Part shown: positions 20,447 to 29,585 of the stretch, in pieces
Layout: every line of letters begins with the position of its first letter
Numbering within the stretch: position 1 is the first letter of the stretch
Assembly: GCA_965208125.1 (NCBI GenBank)
Contig: OZ242320.1
Coordinates: 2,912,001-2,976,000 of the forward strand
Direction: 5' to 3'
From: Candidatus Latescibacterota bacterium
GTDB lineage: Bacteria; Latescibacterota; UBA2968
Length of the DNA stretch: 64,000 nucleotides
The notes under the pieces: generated by a model
Database searches by the model: none
Seen by the model: the letters and a program-made list of their open reading frames with translations, nothing else
What the model was told of the DNA's origin: nothing
Program-made: the position numbers and the translations under genes

Positions 20447-20483
20447 CTCTATGCCTCCTTATATAAAGGGTTGCTCGTTACAC

Positions 20484-21227
20484 TTACATCACGTAGTATT
20501 TGACCGAAAGTCCGATCTCGAAATAGTGCAGCGGAAAGGTCCGCGCGACGCCATAAGATTCCATCTGGCGCAATTCCCCGATCAGCAGATTCCACCGCGC
20601 CCGCGCATCAACTGCTGCGCGACCACTTGCCAGGACCTCTATACCCAAACCCACGTTGAGACCCCACGCCACATCCGTATCGTCAAACGGCGCCAGTTCC
20701 AATGTCGTATCGATCCCCCCGCCCAGGTTCGGTTGTCCTGCAAAGATCAGGCCCGATACCGAGTTTTTGTAGTGGTAAAATCCACCGCCATAGGTGATGA
20801 AGGGGCTTCCGACCACGCCATCCGAACCACCTGTTCGCGCTTTCAGATGATATAGGCCGTTGATCGTAAACGCATTGACGGTCATGTAATTGCGCGCCAG
20901 CGGGCTTGTGATTCTCTGCCACTCCTCCGGCTTGTCTTCGGGCCAGTAAAAGGTCGCTTCTTGAATTTTGCCGGGATCAAAGCGCGTGCGGTGATATTCC
21001 ACCTCCAGGGTATTGCGCGCATCTCGCGCATAGGTGAAATACAGCCCGAATGCTTCCTGTGCGCGGAAACGATCACTCATGCCGAATACGGGAAAGTTGA
21101 AGTTTCCGCTCAAGCCCAGGCCAACTTTCCCCACTACGCCCGTGTCCTGCCCATGGGCATCGCCATAGCTATTGCCTGGAAACGCGAAGAACATCAAACA
21201 AACTATAGAAATTATCCCTCGTTTCAT
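20484..21227 (-). CDS. Small outer-membrane beta-barrel protein (OmpA/OmpW-like)
   Basis: Signal peptide, amphipathic strands (PFITYGGGFY, WGLNVGLGIE, FEIGLSVKYY); start at MKRG after AGGAGG. Confidence 0.75.
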   Translation of the reverse strand: MKRGIISIVCLMFFAFPGNSYGDAHGQDTGVVGKVGLGLSGNFNFPVFGMSDRFRAQEAFGLYFTYARDARNTLEVEYHRTRFDPGKIQEATFYWPEDKPEEWQRITSPLARNYMTVNAFTINGLYHLKARTGGSDGVVGSPFITYGGGFYHYKNSVSGLIFAGQPNLGGGIDTTLELAPFDDTDVAWGLNVGLGIEVLASGRAAVDARARWNLLIGELRQMESYGVARTFPLHYFEIGLSVKYYVM

Positions 21228-21348
21228 ACGCAACCCTCCTTGTGACATCCACTCAATGCGAGTGGGGTTAATTGCTGTAAAACGCTAATTATTTTTATAG
21301 CTAATAAAAGCATGACTCAAAAACAAATATAAATGATAATTGTGATAA

Positions 21349-21368
21349 TGGTAAGTATTAGCTTACCA
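21349..21368. promoter_or_regulatory. Palindromic operator candidate at the predicted transcription start
   Basis: TGGTAAG-N6-CTTACCA immediately downstream of the -10 box. Confidence 0.5.
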
Positions 21369-21369
21369 G

Positions 21370-21398
21370 AATCTAAAACGCCTGTACTCAGATGTCAA
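21370..21398 (-). promoter_or_regulatory. Sigma70-type promoter of the outer-membrane operon
   Basis: Minus strand TTGACA-17 nt-TAGATT. Confidence 0.65.
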
Positions 21399-21621
21399 GC
21401 GGTTTCGGTACAAAAAATTTTGCATTTTGCAGAATGGGAATCAAAGGTGATTTGAATAGCGTTCACATAACCTGCAACGCTGTACAGGGTGTGTGCGTAA
21501 GGATGGGGCTTTTGAGGTAGGATGCAAGGCGGAAGACGGACTCACATCCTGTATGTGATGAGTTTAACTGATAGGATTTTGTAACATAATTTTTGTGATA
21601 GATTATTTGAATTACTGCGTC

Positions 21622-24228
21622 TCAACGAATCCCAAAGGTCGTTTTTTTCCTCACCTGCACGCCACTTACCAGATCTTCTACGGTTACCTGCACCTCATGG
21701 TCGCCTTTTCCGGCTCCGTCGAGATTTAGTTCCACATAAGAGAGGCCCTCTGTGGTATTTCCGACCTGGTCATAGGTCACGCTCACGCCCTGTTCCCCTT
21801 CCTCTTTCCCCAGCAAACGACCCAGTCCAGCCAGGACGCGGGCACCCCGGCTTTTCAGGTCTTTGGATTGGATGTCATAGGTCACGCGGTAATGCGTTTG
21901 TCCAAATTCATCTCTGCTCAGGTGATAGATTTCAAAATAGAGAAAGGCCGGATGTTTTTCCGGGAATGCCCATACCGACATGGGCATTATGTTCAAACCT
22001 TGTTTGACAAAAGCACCTTCTGACGGTGCCTCATCTGAGATTGACCAGGCCAACTCGATGTCGCTCAAATTCAAGTCGGCTCTGGAATAGTCTTCCAATA
22101 TTATCTGTTGTTGGTATATCTGAAACCGCCGCGTTTCCGCCTCCCGAACCCGCAGGCCGAGTTCATAAGTTCCCGGCGGTGCTTCTATGGCGGCTATATC
22201 CAGTACCAGGTTTTGCCATCCCCGAGATGTATCGACAGAGGTTTGTAAAAAGGTTTCATCGAGGAAAAATTTCCGTTCGTCCCGGTAGGTTTGATCCACT
22301 GCGGGGTCTGTTAGTGCCGCACTGCGCATGACCCATGTGCCCTCCTGCTTTTTGAGCAGTGAATCCGGTGGGATGCCGCTGTAGATTTCCAGGCGTGTGC
22401 GGCCGTCTTTTCCCTTAAAGCTGGCCGTGCGGTACCAGAAATCCAGAGGTTGGGCACCCCGGGCAAAGTCGTGAAAGTCGGGTATCCGTCCGGCCATTTT
22501 GTTTACGACCAGTTCTGGAGAATGGTACAGAAAATCCGTGAGGTCTCGCACGGCGACATAACGCTCTTTTAATTCGTTGGGTACATGCGTGGGTACGGGT
22601 GCAAACTCGAAATTGCCCTGAAAATACTCGTCGGTAAATGTGACCTCCAGGCCCTCAGCGACCATGGTATATACCCATGATTCCCAGGGTACAATGCTGG
22701 CGTCTTCGCGGTTGGTGACTGGCATGAATAAGCCCATCGCCTGCTCGACAAACCGCTCCTGGCGCACCCGCGACGGCGAGAAGCTCAAATCGCCCGTGTT
22801 CACATCGCCCAGTGCGGCGAGGGTTTGCTCTTGATCCACAATTCGGTTTACCTGGTCGCCTTCGCCCGCGTCTGCAGCCTGTACTCGTTCCGACAATTCG
22901 GTACGTTCGGCATCCTGGGCGTCTTCCAGCAAAAATATGAGTTGGATCTCTTCCGAGGTTAAACCCAGGTCCTGGGGATCGGGTGCTTTGACGCTGAAAG
23001 CCCGGTTGCTGCGAACGGGATATACCGGTCCCGTGAAAAATTCGCCCACGGCGTCCGGTCCGTAGAGATCTACGGCCATCCGCTCTTTAATGCGCTGTGC
23101 TTTGGCCGGCATGTCGGCATTCAGGCGGTCGGATGTTGATCGATAATCGGGTTCGCCGTAGCGGATGTACACTTCGCCCCGTCGGTCCCAGGGATATATG
23201 GCTTTTGAAAAGTGCGTGCGTACGTGCCAGACCCGGCGGTAGTGCTCGGCCTGGCGCAAAAATCCGCCGGATACGCGCGATAGGTCGTGCCGAATCCAGA
23301 AGCGGCGCAGAAAGGCTTCGCGTTCTATAGCCGATGTGACTCTGGCATAGGATTCCAGTTCGGGTATGGAGGCCAATAAAGAAATATCCCGGTAGAGTGC
23401 TGCTTCTGCGGCATCGAGAAGGGTGATGTAATTGCGAAAGATGCGTACGGCTCGTTCGCCATCGCCTTCATAGAGAAAGACCTGGGCTATCAGAGGCAAA
23501 AAACGGCGCTCTTCGGCTGCATTGCCCAAATGGGTCAACAGGTCTCGCAACTCGGCGAACTGCTCGTTCATGGCGTAAATTACGCCCAACTGATAGGCGA
23601 CATCCAGGTTTTCGGGGGCCTGCTGCATACAGCGTTCGTACAGGTTGATTACCCGATCCCATTCGTCCTTTTTTTTGTGGTGTTCCGCCATGATTTTGCA
23701 GGCTGCGATATCTGTTGAGTCGCGCTCAAGTGCCCGTTCAGAAGCCCGTTTCAAAGATCGGTCCTCTTGCAGGAGTTGCACGAGGTCGAGGTGATAGCGT
23801 ATTTTCTGCGATTGGGGCGCGAGAGCGATTGCTTTTTCAAAATGTGCCCGTGCCCCGCGGATATCCTCCTTCTGGTAGAGTGCAATCTGCCCCAGTCCGT
23901 CGTGCGCTTCTGCGAGATCTGGATTTAAGCTCAGTGCCTTTTCAAATGCCTGCCTGGCTTTTTTCCATTGTTTTTTTCGTTCGCGGGATTCCAGATATGC
24001 CGTGCCCAGGCGAGCGTGTCCTTCTGCCAGTTCCGGATCCAGGTGTACCGCTTCTTGCAACAGATCTATTGCGTGTCGCGCACTGTTCATCTCAATCCGT
24101 ACATCGGCAGCCAGCATCAGAGAGTCCGACCGGGTCATCAGGGTTATGAAGGGCTGTTCTGCCTGTGCTCCGTATGTAATCAGGACGAGGTATATGGGAA
24201 TCAGTCGAATTGCAAGATGATTTTTCAT
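21622..24228 (-). CDS. Exported TPR plus GWxTD-domain protein
   Basis: Signal peptide, TPRs, RRFW...EHYRRV...PWDRRGEVYIRYGEPD, C-terminal LSDIELA and YFEIYHL beta domains. Confidence 0.85.
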   Translation of the reverse strand: MKNHLAIRLIPIYLVLITYGAQAEQPFITLMTRSDSLMLAADVRIEMNSARHAIDLLQEAVHLDPELAEGHARLGTAYLESRERKKQWKKARQAFEKALSLNPDLAEAHDGLGQIALYQKEDIRGARAHFEKAIALAPQSQKIRYHLDLVQLLQEDRSLKRASERALERDSTDIAACKIMAEHHKKKDEWDRVINLYERCMQQAPENLDVAYQLGVIYAMNEQFAELRDLLTHLGNAAEERRFLPLIAQVFLYEGDGERAVRIFRNYITLLDAAEAALYRDISLLASIPELESYARVTSAIEREAFLRRFWIRHDLSRVSGGFLRQAEHYRRVWHVRTHFSKAIYPWDRRGEVYIRYGEPDYRSTSDRLNADMPAKAQRIKERMAVDLYGPDAVGEFFTGPVYPVRSNRAFSVKAPDPQDLGLTSEEIQLIFLLEDAQDAERTELSERVQAADAGEGDQVNRIVDQEQTLAALGDVNTGDLSFSPSRVRQERFVEQAMGLFMPVTNREDASIVPWESWVYTMVAEGLEVTFTDEYFQGNFEFAPVPTHVPNELKERYVAVRDLTDFLYHSPELVVNKMAGRIPDFHDFARGAQPLDFWYRTASFKGKDGRTRLEIYSGIPPDSLLKKQEGTWVMRSAALTDPAVDQTYRDERKFFLDETFLQTSVDTSRGWQNLVLDIAAIEAPPGTYELGLRVREAETRRFQIYQQQIILEDYSRADLNLSDIELAWSISDEAPSEGAFVKQGLNIMPMSVWAFPEKHPAFLYFEIYHLSRDEFGQTHYRVTYDIQSKDLKSRGARVLAGLGRLLGKEEGEQGVSVTYDQVGNTTEGLSYVELNLDGAGKGDHEVQVTVEDLVSGVQVRKKTTFGIR

Positions 24229-24235
24229 TGCGCCC

Positions 24236-26641
24236 TCACTCGATTTTAAAGCTCGCGGTTTTGGTCACTTTTTGTCCGTCTTTGCGGTCCATTGCTGCGA
24301 CCTCGATGACGTATTCCCCCGGCTCAGAACCAGATAGGTCAAGTGCCAGATAGTTGACCACGTTGTCGGCATCGCCCGTCTGGTCATAAGAAATCGCAAT
24401 TTGTTCTTCGTTCTGGTCTATGCCCACCAGTTTTCCCAGGCCACCGAGTACTTTTGCGCCAAACGACTGTCCGGAACGCGGTTTTAAGCGGTAGGAGATC
24501 TGGTAGTCCGTCTGTCCGAATGCATCCTGACTCAGTCCGTAAATTTCGTAGTAGAGATAGACCAGATGCCGCTGTGTATAATGCCGCGTGGCCAGTGGAA
24601 TGACTTCCAAATTCTGTTTGACAAAATGTCCCTCTCCGGTGGTCTGTTCAATTGATGCCGCCATTTCGATATCGCTTAGTCTGAGTTTGCCGTGGCGATA
24701 AGACGGGACCCGCAAGGGCATGCCATAGACCTGCGTGCGTCCAGACCGCTCTTCAATGGCCTGCACGGCGAGGTAGTACGATCCGGGTTTTACATCCAGT
24801 GCTATTACATCGGGAATGATCCCGGTTTTTCCATCTACCCGCAGTACTACTCGTTTTGCTGCTCTGAATACCGGATCGCCTTTTGCATTGTAGAGAACGG
24901 CTCCCCGGTTTATCCGAACATCCCCGCCATCTCGCGTCAATGCAGAGGCGGGAAATCCGTAGTAGATCTCCACGCGCGTGCTGTCGCCCAGTCCTCGAAA
25001 TGTGGCGGGATAGGCCGCGTAATACAGCGGTTCGGCGAGAAATGCCGGTACATAGATTTCTCTGGGGGCTTTGCTCAAAATTTGTTCGGGGATGAGAGGT
25101 TCCCACAGGTGGCGCATTTTGGTCGCCATTTCCGCGGGCAATACGGCGTAGTCAAAAACGCCATCGGGTGCGCCGGGCATCTGGCGAAACGCGATTTCTA
25201 CGCCGTCTCCCAGCCCCGGATAGATCCAGTATTCCCACGCCCGGCGATCCTGGATCGGGAAGATGGGTCGTCCCAGAAATGCACCCAGTCCCCCCACGGC
25301 CATCGCCGATTCGGCTCGTTTTCGGATCTGTTCGCTTTTTTCATTGCGCTCGGATGATCGGCTGTATAGCCGCTGGAACTGCCTTTCCAGTTGGCGTTGT
25401 GCCCGTTCTGCGCCAGCTCCGCGGTGGGTCAGGCTGTCGCCATCAGCGGCGGCGTAGTCCGATAGCAGTATTTCGGCTGCCCAATCTACGCGGTCTAATA
25501 GCCGCTGTTTGATATCCCAGTCTTCGGGATGGGATTCGCGTTGCCGATTCGCGGAAGCACTTTTGTGGGATGGCGTGCCGTAGCGCACATAGATTTCGCC
25601 CCGTCGATCCCACGGAAAAACCGCCGATCCGAAATGCTCCCGCGCATAAGCTACCCGGCGGAAGTGTTCGACCCGCCGCTCGTTGACGTCTGTAATGGGT
25701 GTGGGGTCCCGGCGTTTCCAGAATTGTTGCAGAATTACTTGTCTGTCCTTTGCCTGCTTAAATGCCTCTGTTTCCCTTTCTGAGGCGAGTAGGGAAATAT
25801 CTTCATAAGGCGTCCGCTCTCTGGTACTCAGGCCAGCTATATAGGTTTCGAAAAGGGTTTCGGCTTTTTTGTAATTTTTTCGTTCCAGATAGACTTCGGC
25901 GAGTTCCAGCATGTATTGCCGCTGGTTTGTGCCCTGAGTCTGCATGAGCCGCGACAGGGTGCGGGCGGCCTGATCCGTGCGGGATAGGGTGCGGTAGAGT
26001 TGTCCCAGTCGCCACATGGCGTCTTTGTGTGCGGGATTGACCGCCAGTTGTTTTTCGTAATATTCTATTGCGCCTTCTTTTTTTAGTAGATCGTATTCAT
26101 ACATAAAGCCCAGGCGGTAATACGCATCTGGATGGTCTGGGTCCATCTCGACCACCTGTTCGAAAGCTCTGATGGCATCGCGATTCATGAGATTCAGATG
26201 CGTCAGGCCAATGTGGTATTGGGCTTCTACATAGTCGGGCTTTTCGGCCAGGGCGCGACAGAAATAATCAATGGCACGCACCCACTGGCCTTTCTCACGG
26301 GCATAGACGAGGCCCATGCCAAAGTAGGCTTCGGGCATTTTTCGCTGGTATTTTTCGGCATTTCGAAAGGCTTTTCTGGCTTTGCCAAGCTGATCCTGGG
26401 TCAGATATACATGCCCCAATCCACAGTGGGTTGAGGCATGTTTTTTGTTTGCTTGTAGAGATTGCTCAAACAAAATTTTCGCGCGGTCTATTTCTCCTGC
26501 TTTGAGTGCCTGATTACCCAGTAGATAGAGGGAATCCGCAGCAGAAGGATCCGCCATGACTGATGCAACAGTCCAGAATATTCCAAAGATCAGGGCGAGT
26601 GCAATGCGCCCGATATGCCAGCCTATTTTCGACATGCCCAA
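24236..26641 (-). CDS. Exported TPR plus GWxTD-domain protein
   Basis: FWKRRDPTPITDVNERRVEHFRRVAYA...PWDRRGEIYVRYGTP; LSDIEMA; YYEIYGL. Start may be 26635. Confidence 0.87.
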   Translation of the reverse strand: MGMSKIGWHIGRIALALIFGIFWTVASVMADPSAADSLYLLGNQALKAGEIDRAKILFEQSLQANKKHASTHCGLGHVYLTQDQLGKARKAFRNAEKYQRKMPEAYFGMGLVYAREKGQWVRAIDYFCRALAEKPDYVEAQYHIGLTHLNLMNRDAIRAFEQVVEMDPDHPDAYYRLGFMYEYDLLKKEGAIEYYEKQLAVNPAHKDAMWRLGQLYRTLSRTDQAARTLSRLMQTQGTNQRQYMLELAEVYLERKNYKKAETLFETYIAGLSTRERTPYEDISLLASERETEAFKQAKDRQVILQQFWKRRDPTPITDVNERRVEHFRRVAYAREHFGSAVFPWDRRGEIYVRYGTPSHKSASANRQRESHPEDWDIKQRLLDRVDWAAEILLSDYAAADGDSLTHRGAGAERAQRQLERQFQRLYSRSSERNEKSEQIRKRAESAMAVGGLGAFLGRPIFPIQDRRAWEYWIYPGLGDGVEIAFRQMPGAPDGVFDYAVLPAEMATKMRHLWEPLIPEQILSKAPREIYVPAFLAEPLYYAAYPATFRGLGDSTRVEIYYGFPASALTRDGGDVRINRGAVLYNAKGDPVFRAAKRVVLRVDGKTGIIPDVIALDVKPGSYYLAVQAIEERSGRTQVYGMPLRVPSYRHGKLRLSDIEMAASIEQTTGEGHFVKQNLEVIPLATRHYTQRHLVYLYYEIYGLSQDAFGQTDYQISYRLKPRSGQSFGAKVLGGLGKLVGIDQNEEQIAISYDQTGDADNVVNYLALDLSGSEPGEYVIEVAAMDRKDGQKVTKTASFKIE

Positions 26642-26651
26642 TCGCCTGTGT

Positions 26652-28394
26652 TTATTTTGCCAGCGGTCCCGTGGGTGCTTCTTTGCTGTAGAGCGCGCTT
26701 CCCCTCTCGTAGGATACCGCTACCTGTCCGTTTTCTACCTGTAAACGGGGTACATTATTTGTGCCCACATCGCGGTCCGGTCCTCTCATTACGGCGAGTT
26801 GTGCATCGCTCATGCCCGCTATCAGATCGCCCCATCGGCTTTCTGGATGCACCATGTCGCCTCCGCTGCGGTGGAAGTTCCGGGATGTGTATTTGATCAG
26901 GATGCCCCGTCTTGAGATGGGGTTCTTCCAGGCGAGAGCACCGTGGGTCGTCGCCCCATCCCCAAAAAAGAGCACGTCGCCCGCCTTCATCACTGGCTGT
27001 ACCACAAGTCCCATGTCGTCGTCGCAGGTGCGGATGCCCGGCGGCATGGGATAAAACGCTTTGTGGCTGCCCGGTACACAGGCGAATCCGCCCAGACCGG
27101 GTTCCACGTCTCGAAGTTGCCAGGCTACGGTTACTGCTTGATCATAACTGCGCCCGTTTTGAAACACATAGCCCATCGGCGGATAGAGCGGTTCGTTGTT
27201 GCTGTGGAGCGAGTGTCCGCTGCCGCCCAGGACTGAGCAAAATGCCGTGGCGCCTCCGCACCGCCCTCCGCTGGTGCCCATCCAGTTCAAGCGGTGTTCG
27301 ACTACGGGATGTGCAATCATTTGCCGGAATGGCTCGCAATACGGTTCTGGTAATTCGAGCAATCCAGAGAGGAGAGGTCTTCCCGTGCCAGCCAGGCTTT
27401 TTGAGCCTCGGGCGAGTTCTTCGCCCACTACGATGCGGTCTTCAAATTTATCGATGGTCTCGTTGGCTGCTGCCAGCCATTCTTCGTCCATGACGCCGCG
27501 GAGTACCAGATATCCGTTCAAGTCCCAGAAATAGAATTCTTTGTAATCAATCCCCGAGTCCGGGTCCAGTTTGTAAATTGAGGGATGAAATACCTCGCGG
27601 GATTCGTCCATCTTTACCGTCTTGCCATCCGTCACAATGGTCGGCGCAGGTGTCGTGGATTTGTAACCGGGCTTGTAAAGCGATGCGCGCTGTTCTTCAC
27701 TTAAAGCGTCGTGCCATTCCGGGTGCGGTTCTTCCTCTGTCATTGGACCTGTTCCTGCAGATCGGATTACGCCCCTGCCCACGTATTCATAAGATAGCAG
27801 TCGCTGCTGTCCGTCTCCCTGCCACGGACGCATTCCCTGTAATGCGGATAGTGCTACTATCAGGAGATCTCCTGCCTTTAGCACGGGCTGGTATGTCAAT
27901 CCCATGTCGTCTTCGCCTGTGGTTACGTCTTCTGGCGATGCCACATTGCTTTTGTGCGAGCAGGGCAGGAGTACGAAACCGCCGTCTCCTTCGTTCACGT
28001 CTTCCAGTGCCCAGATTACGCGCACGCCTTCGCAATAACGCTGGCCGTTCTGGTGGTAATACGCAATGCCCGGCATTCTCGGTTCGTTGCCGCCTGTTAG
28101 TGGTGCTGTGGTGTCGCAGGTTGCGTCGCACAAGATTTCAGGCTCGCGGTCCAGGCGGAAGCCGATTCCTACAATTTGATTTAGATACCACACGAGATGC
28201 GGATGGACGAGCAGTTCCCGGAATGGTTTTTTCGATTCGCCTTCCCATCCCAGCATGCCCGATAGTTGACCGGCTTTGTCGATGGTCTGGTTCAGTTGCA
28301 CGACTTCGCCGCGGTTCAATACGCCCGGTACATGAAGGTAGCCAGCTATATCAAAACAGTAATTTTCTTCGTTGCTCATGAGTTCTTGATCCAT
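26652..28394 (-). CDS. Tandem two-domain phytanoyl-CoA dioxygenase (PhyH)-family protein
   Basis: Two homologous halves (FDIAGYL/WDLNGYL, GGFVLLPCSHK/GGFACVPGSHK, QPVLKAGD/QPVMKAGD); GGAGG RBS. Confidence 0.88.
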   Translation of the reverse strand: MDQELMSNEENYCFDIAGYLHVPGVLNRGEVVQLNQTIDKAGQLSGMLGWEGESKKPFRELLVHPHLVWYLNQIVGIGFRLDREPEILCDATCDTTAPLTGGNEPRMPGIAYYHQNGQRYCEGVRVIWALEDVNEGDGGFVLLPCSHKSNVASPEDVTTGEDDMGLTYQPVLKAGDLLIVALSALQGMRPWQGDGQQRLLSYEYVGRGVIRSAGTGPMTEEEPHPEWHDALSEEQRASLYKPGYKSTTPAPTIVTDGKTVKMDESREVFHPSIYKLDPDSGIDYKEFYFWDLNGYLVLRGVMDEEWLAAANETIDKFEDRIVVGEELARGSKSLAGTGRPLLSGLLELPEPYCEPFRQMIAHPVVEHRLNWMGTSGGRCGGATAFCSVLGGSGHSLHSNNEPLYPPMGYVFQNGRSYDQAVTVAWQLRDVEPGLGGFACVPGSHKAFYPMPPGIRTCDDDMGLVVQPVMKAGDVLFFGDGATTHGALAWKNPISRRGILIKYTSRNFHRSGGDMVHPESRWGDLIAGMSDAQLAVMRGPDRDVGTNNVPRLQVENGQVAVSYERGSALYSKEAPTGPLAK

Positions 28395-28505
28395 TTCAAA
28401 CCTCCCCCAGGTTGGAAATAAGGATTATTGACAAGGCTGAGGAGCCAATCATTAATTAATCTAAAACATGTGTTAAATTATATTAAAAAACAAGAGAAAT
28501 ACAGT

Positions 28506-29567
28506 CTAATCTGGCACTTCGACGACGTAAATCTGGCTGCTACCGGTTTGATCCGATGTGTAGATGACCCGTTTCCCATCGGGGCTAAATGATGGATGTG
28601 GGTGAGACCACTGGGGTCCATAGGTATCGGCCTGGACTTTGTCGTCGTCCGCGGGGACTGTTTCGGCCCATTGCGTTCCCCCATTGGAACTGCGGGGATA
28701 ACACAGGGCTTTGTGTTCCCCCGTTTCTGGATCGATCAGTTGCAGTCCGATGTCTGGACATGTGGTGTCGCATACAATGCGCGATCCATCTGGGCTGGGC
28801 GATGGATGCCAGGTGTTGAATTCGGCGATTTTTCGATCTTTGTCTTCGCCCACCCGAATGCCCCGTAACGCGTATGGCCAGTGTACGAAGATGACTTCGT
28901 CGGTGTGTCCCAGGAATGTTTCATGGGTAATCCACACGGTCTTGTCGTGTTTGAATAGCGGGCGCTCGTTGCTCCCATCAATCCGCACTTCCCACATTCG
29001 CTGATTGATATCGCTGGAATACAGGATGAGGTCCGGATCAGTCGGGCAGACCTGCACATGGCCCACAGCGCGAGGGGGTTCACGGACGATTCGGTGTCCC
29101 GATCCGTCTGTGTTCACCGCGACTACCGCCGAATACCCGTTATGATGTAAAGATGTCACCAGTCGTTCCCCATTTGCCGAGAGGCTGCATCCACCCACGC
29201 GGCTTTCGCCAAAATCGGCCAGAATGTATTCCTCCAGTGTCTGGATATTCACGGCGCAAACCCGTCCACCTGTGTTGTAAAATACCCGGTGTCCGTCTTT
29301 GGCCGGGCAGGCGGCAAATCCACCGAATCCCTCCACATCGGTCAATTGCGTCATTTTCCCGCTGTTCTCATCCATTTTGAAGAGGTTGGGGTATCCAGAG
29401 CGATATGAGGTGAATACAATGGTTTTTCCATCCGGCATCCAGGATGGATTTGAAAAGTACAGGTTGTGGCTGATTGCGGGATGGTCCGTCATTTGTCGGA
29501 TCGCCGCGCCCGTTTTTTTGTCTTTTAATGCTTTTGTTTCCGAAAAATACGTCTGTCCTTTTGCCAT
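28506..29567 (-). CDS. Oligogalacturonate lyase-like beta-propeller protein
   Basis: DKKTGAAIRQMT, HNLYFSNPSW, THETF, HPHPSFSPDGKRVIYTSD; start placed at MAKGQ after GGAGG. Confidence 0.78.
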   Translation of the reverse strand: MAKGQTYFSETKALKDKKTGAAIRQMTDHPAISHNLYFSNPSWMPDGKTIVFTSYRSGYPNLFKMDENSGKMTQLTDVEGFGGFAACPAKDGHRVFYNTGGRVCAVNIQTLEEYILADFGESRVGGCSLSANGERLVTSLHHNGYSAVVAVNTDGSGHRIVREPPRAVGHVQVCPTDPDLILYSSDINQRMWEVRIDGSNERPLFKHDKTVWITHETFLGHTDEVIFVHWPYALRGIRVGEDKDRKIAEFNTWHPSPSPDGSRIVCDTTCPDIGLQLIDPETGEHKALCYPRSSNGGTQWAETVPADDDKVQADTYGPQWSHPHPSFSPDGKRVIYTSDQTGSSQIYVVEVPD

Positions 29568-29585
29568 GTCTGATGCCTCCATTGG

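Noticed and set aside
28395-28505. AT-rich spacer with a plus-strand TTGACA, a minus-strand TATAAT and short palindromes
   Set aside because: No well-spaced -35/-10 pair on either strand; probably a promoter region, but no specific site can be supported.
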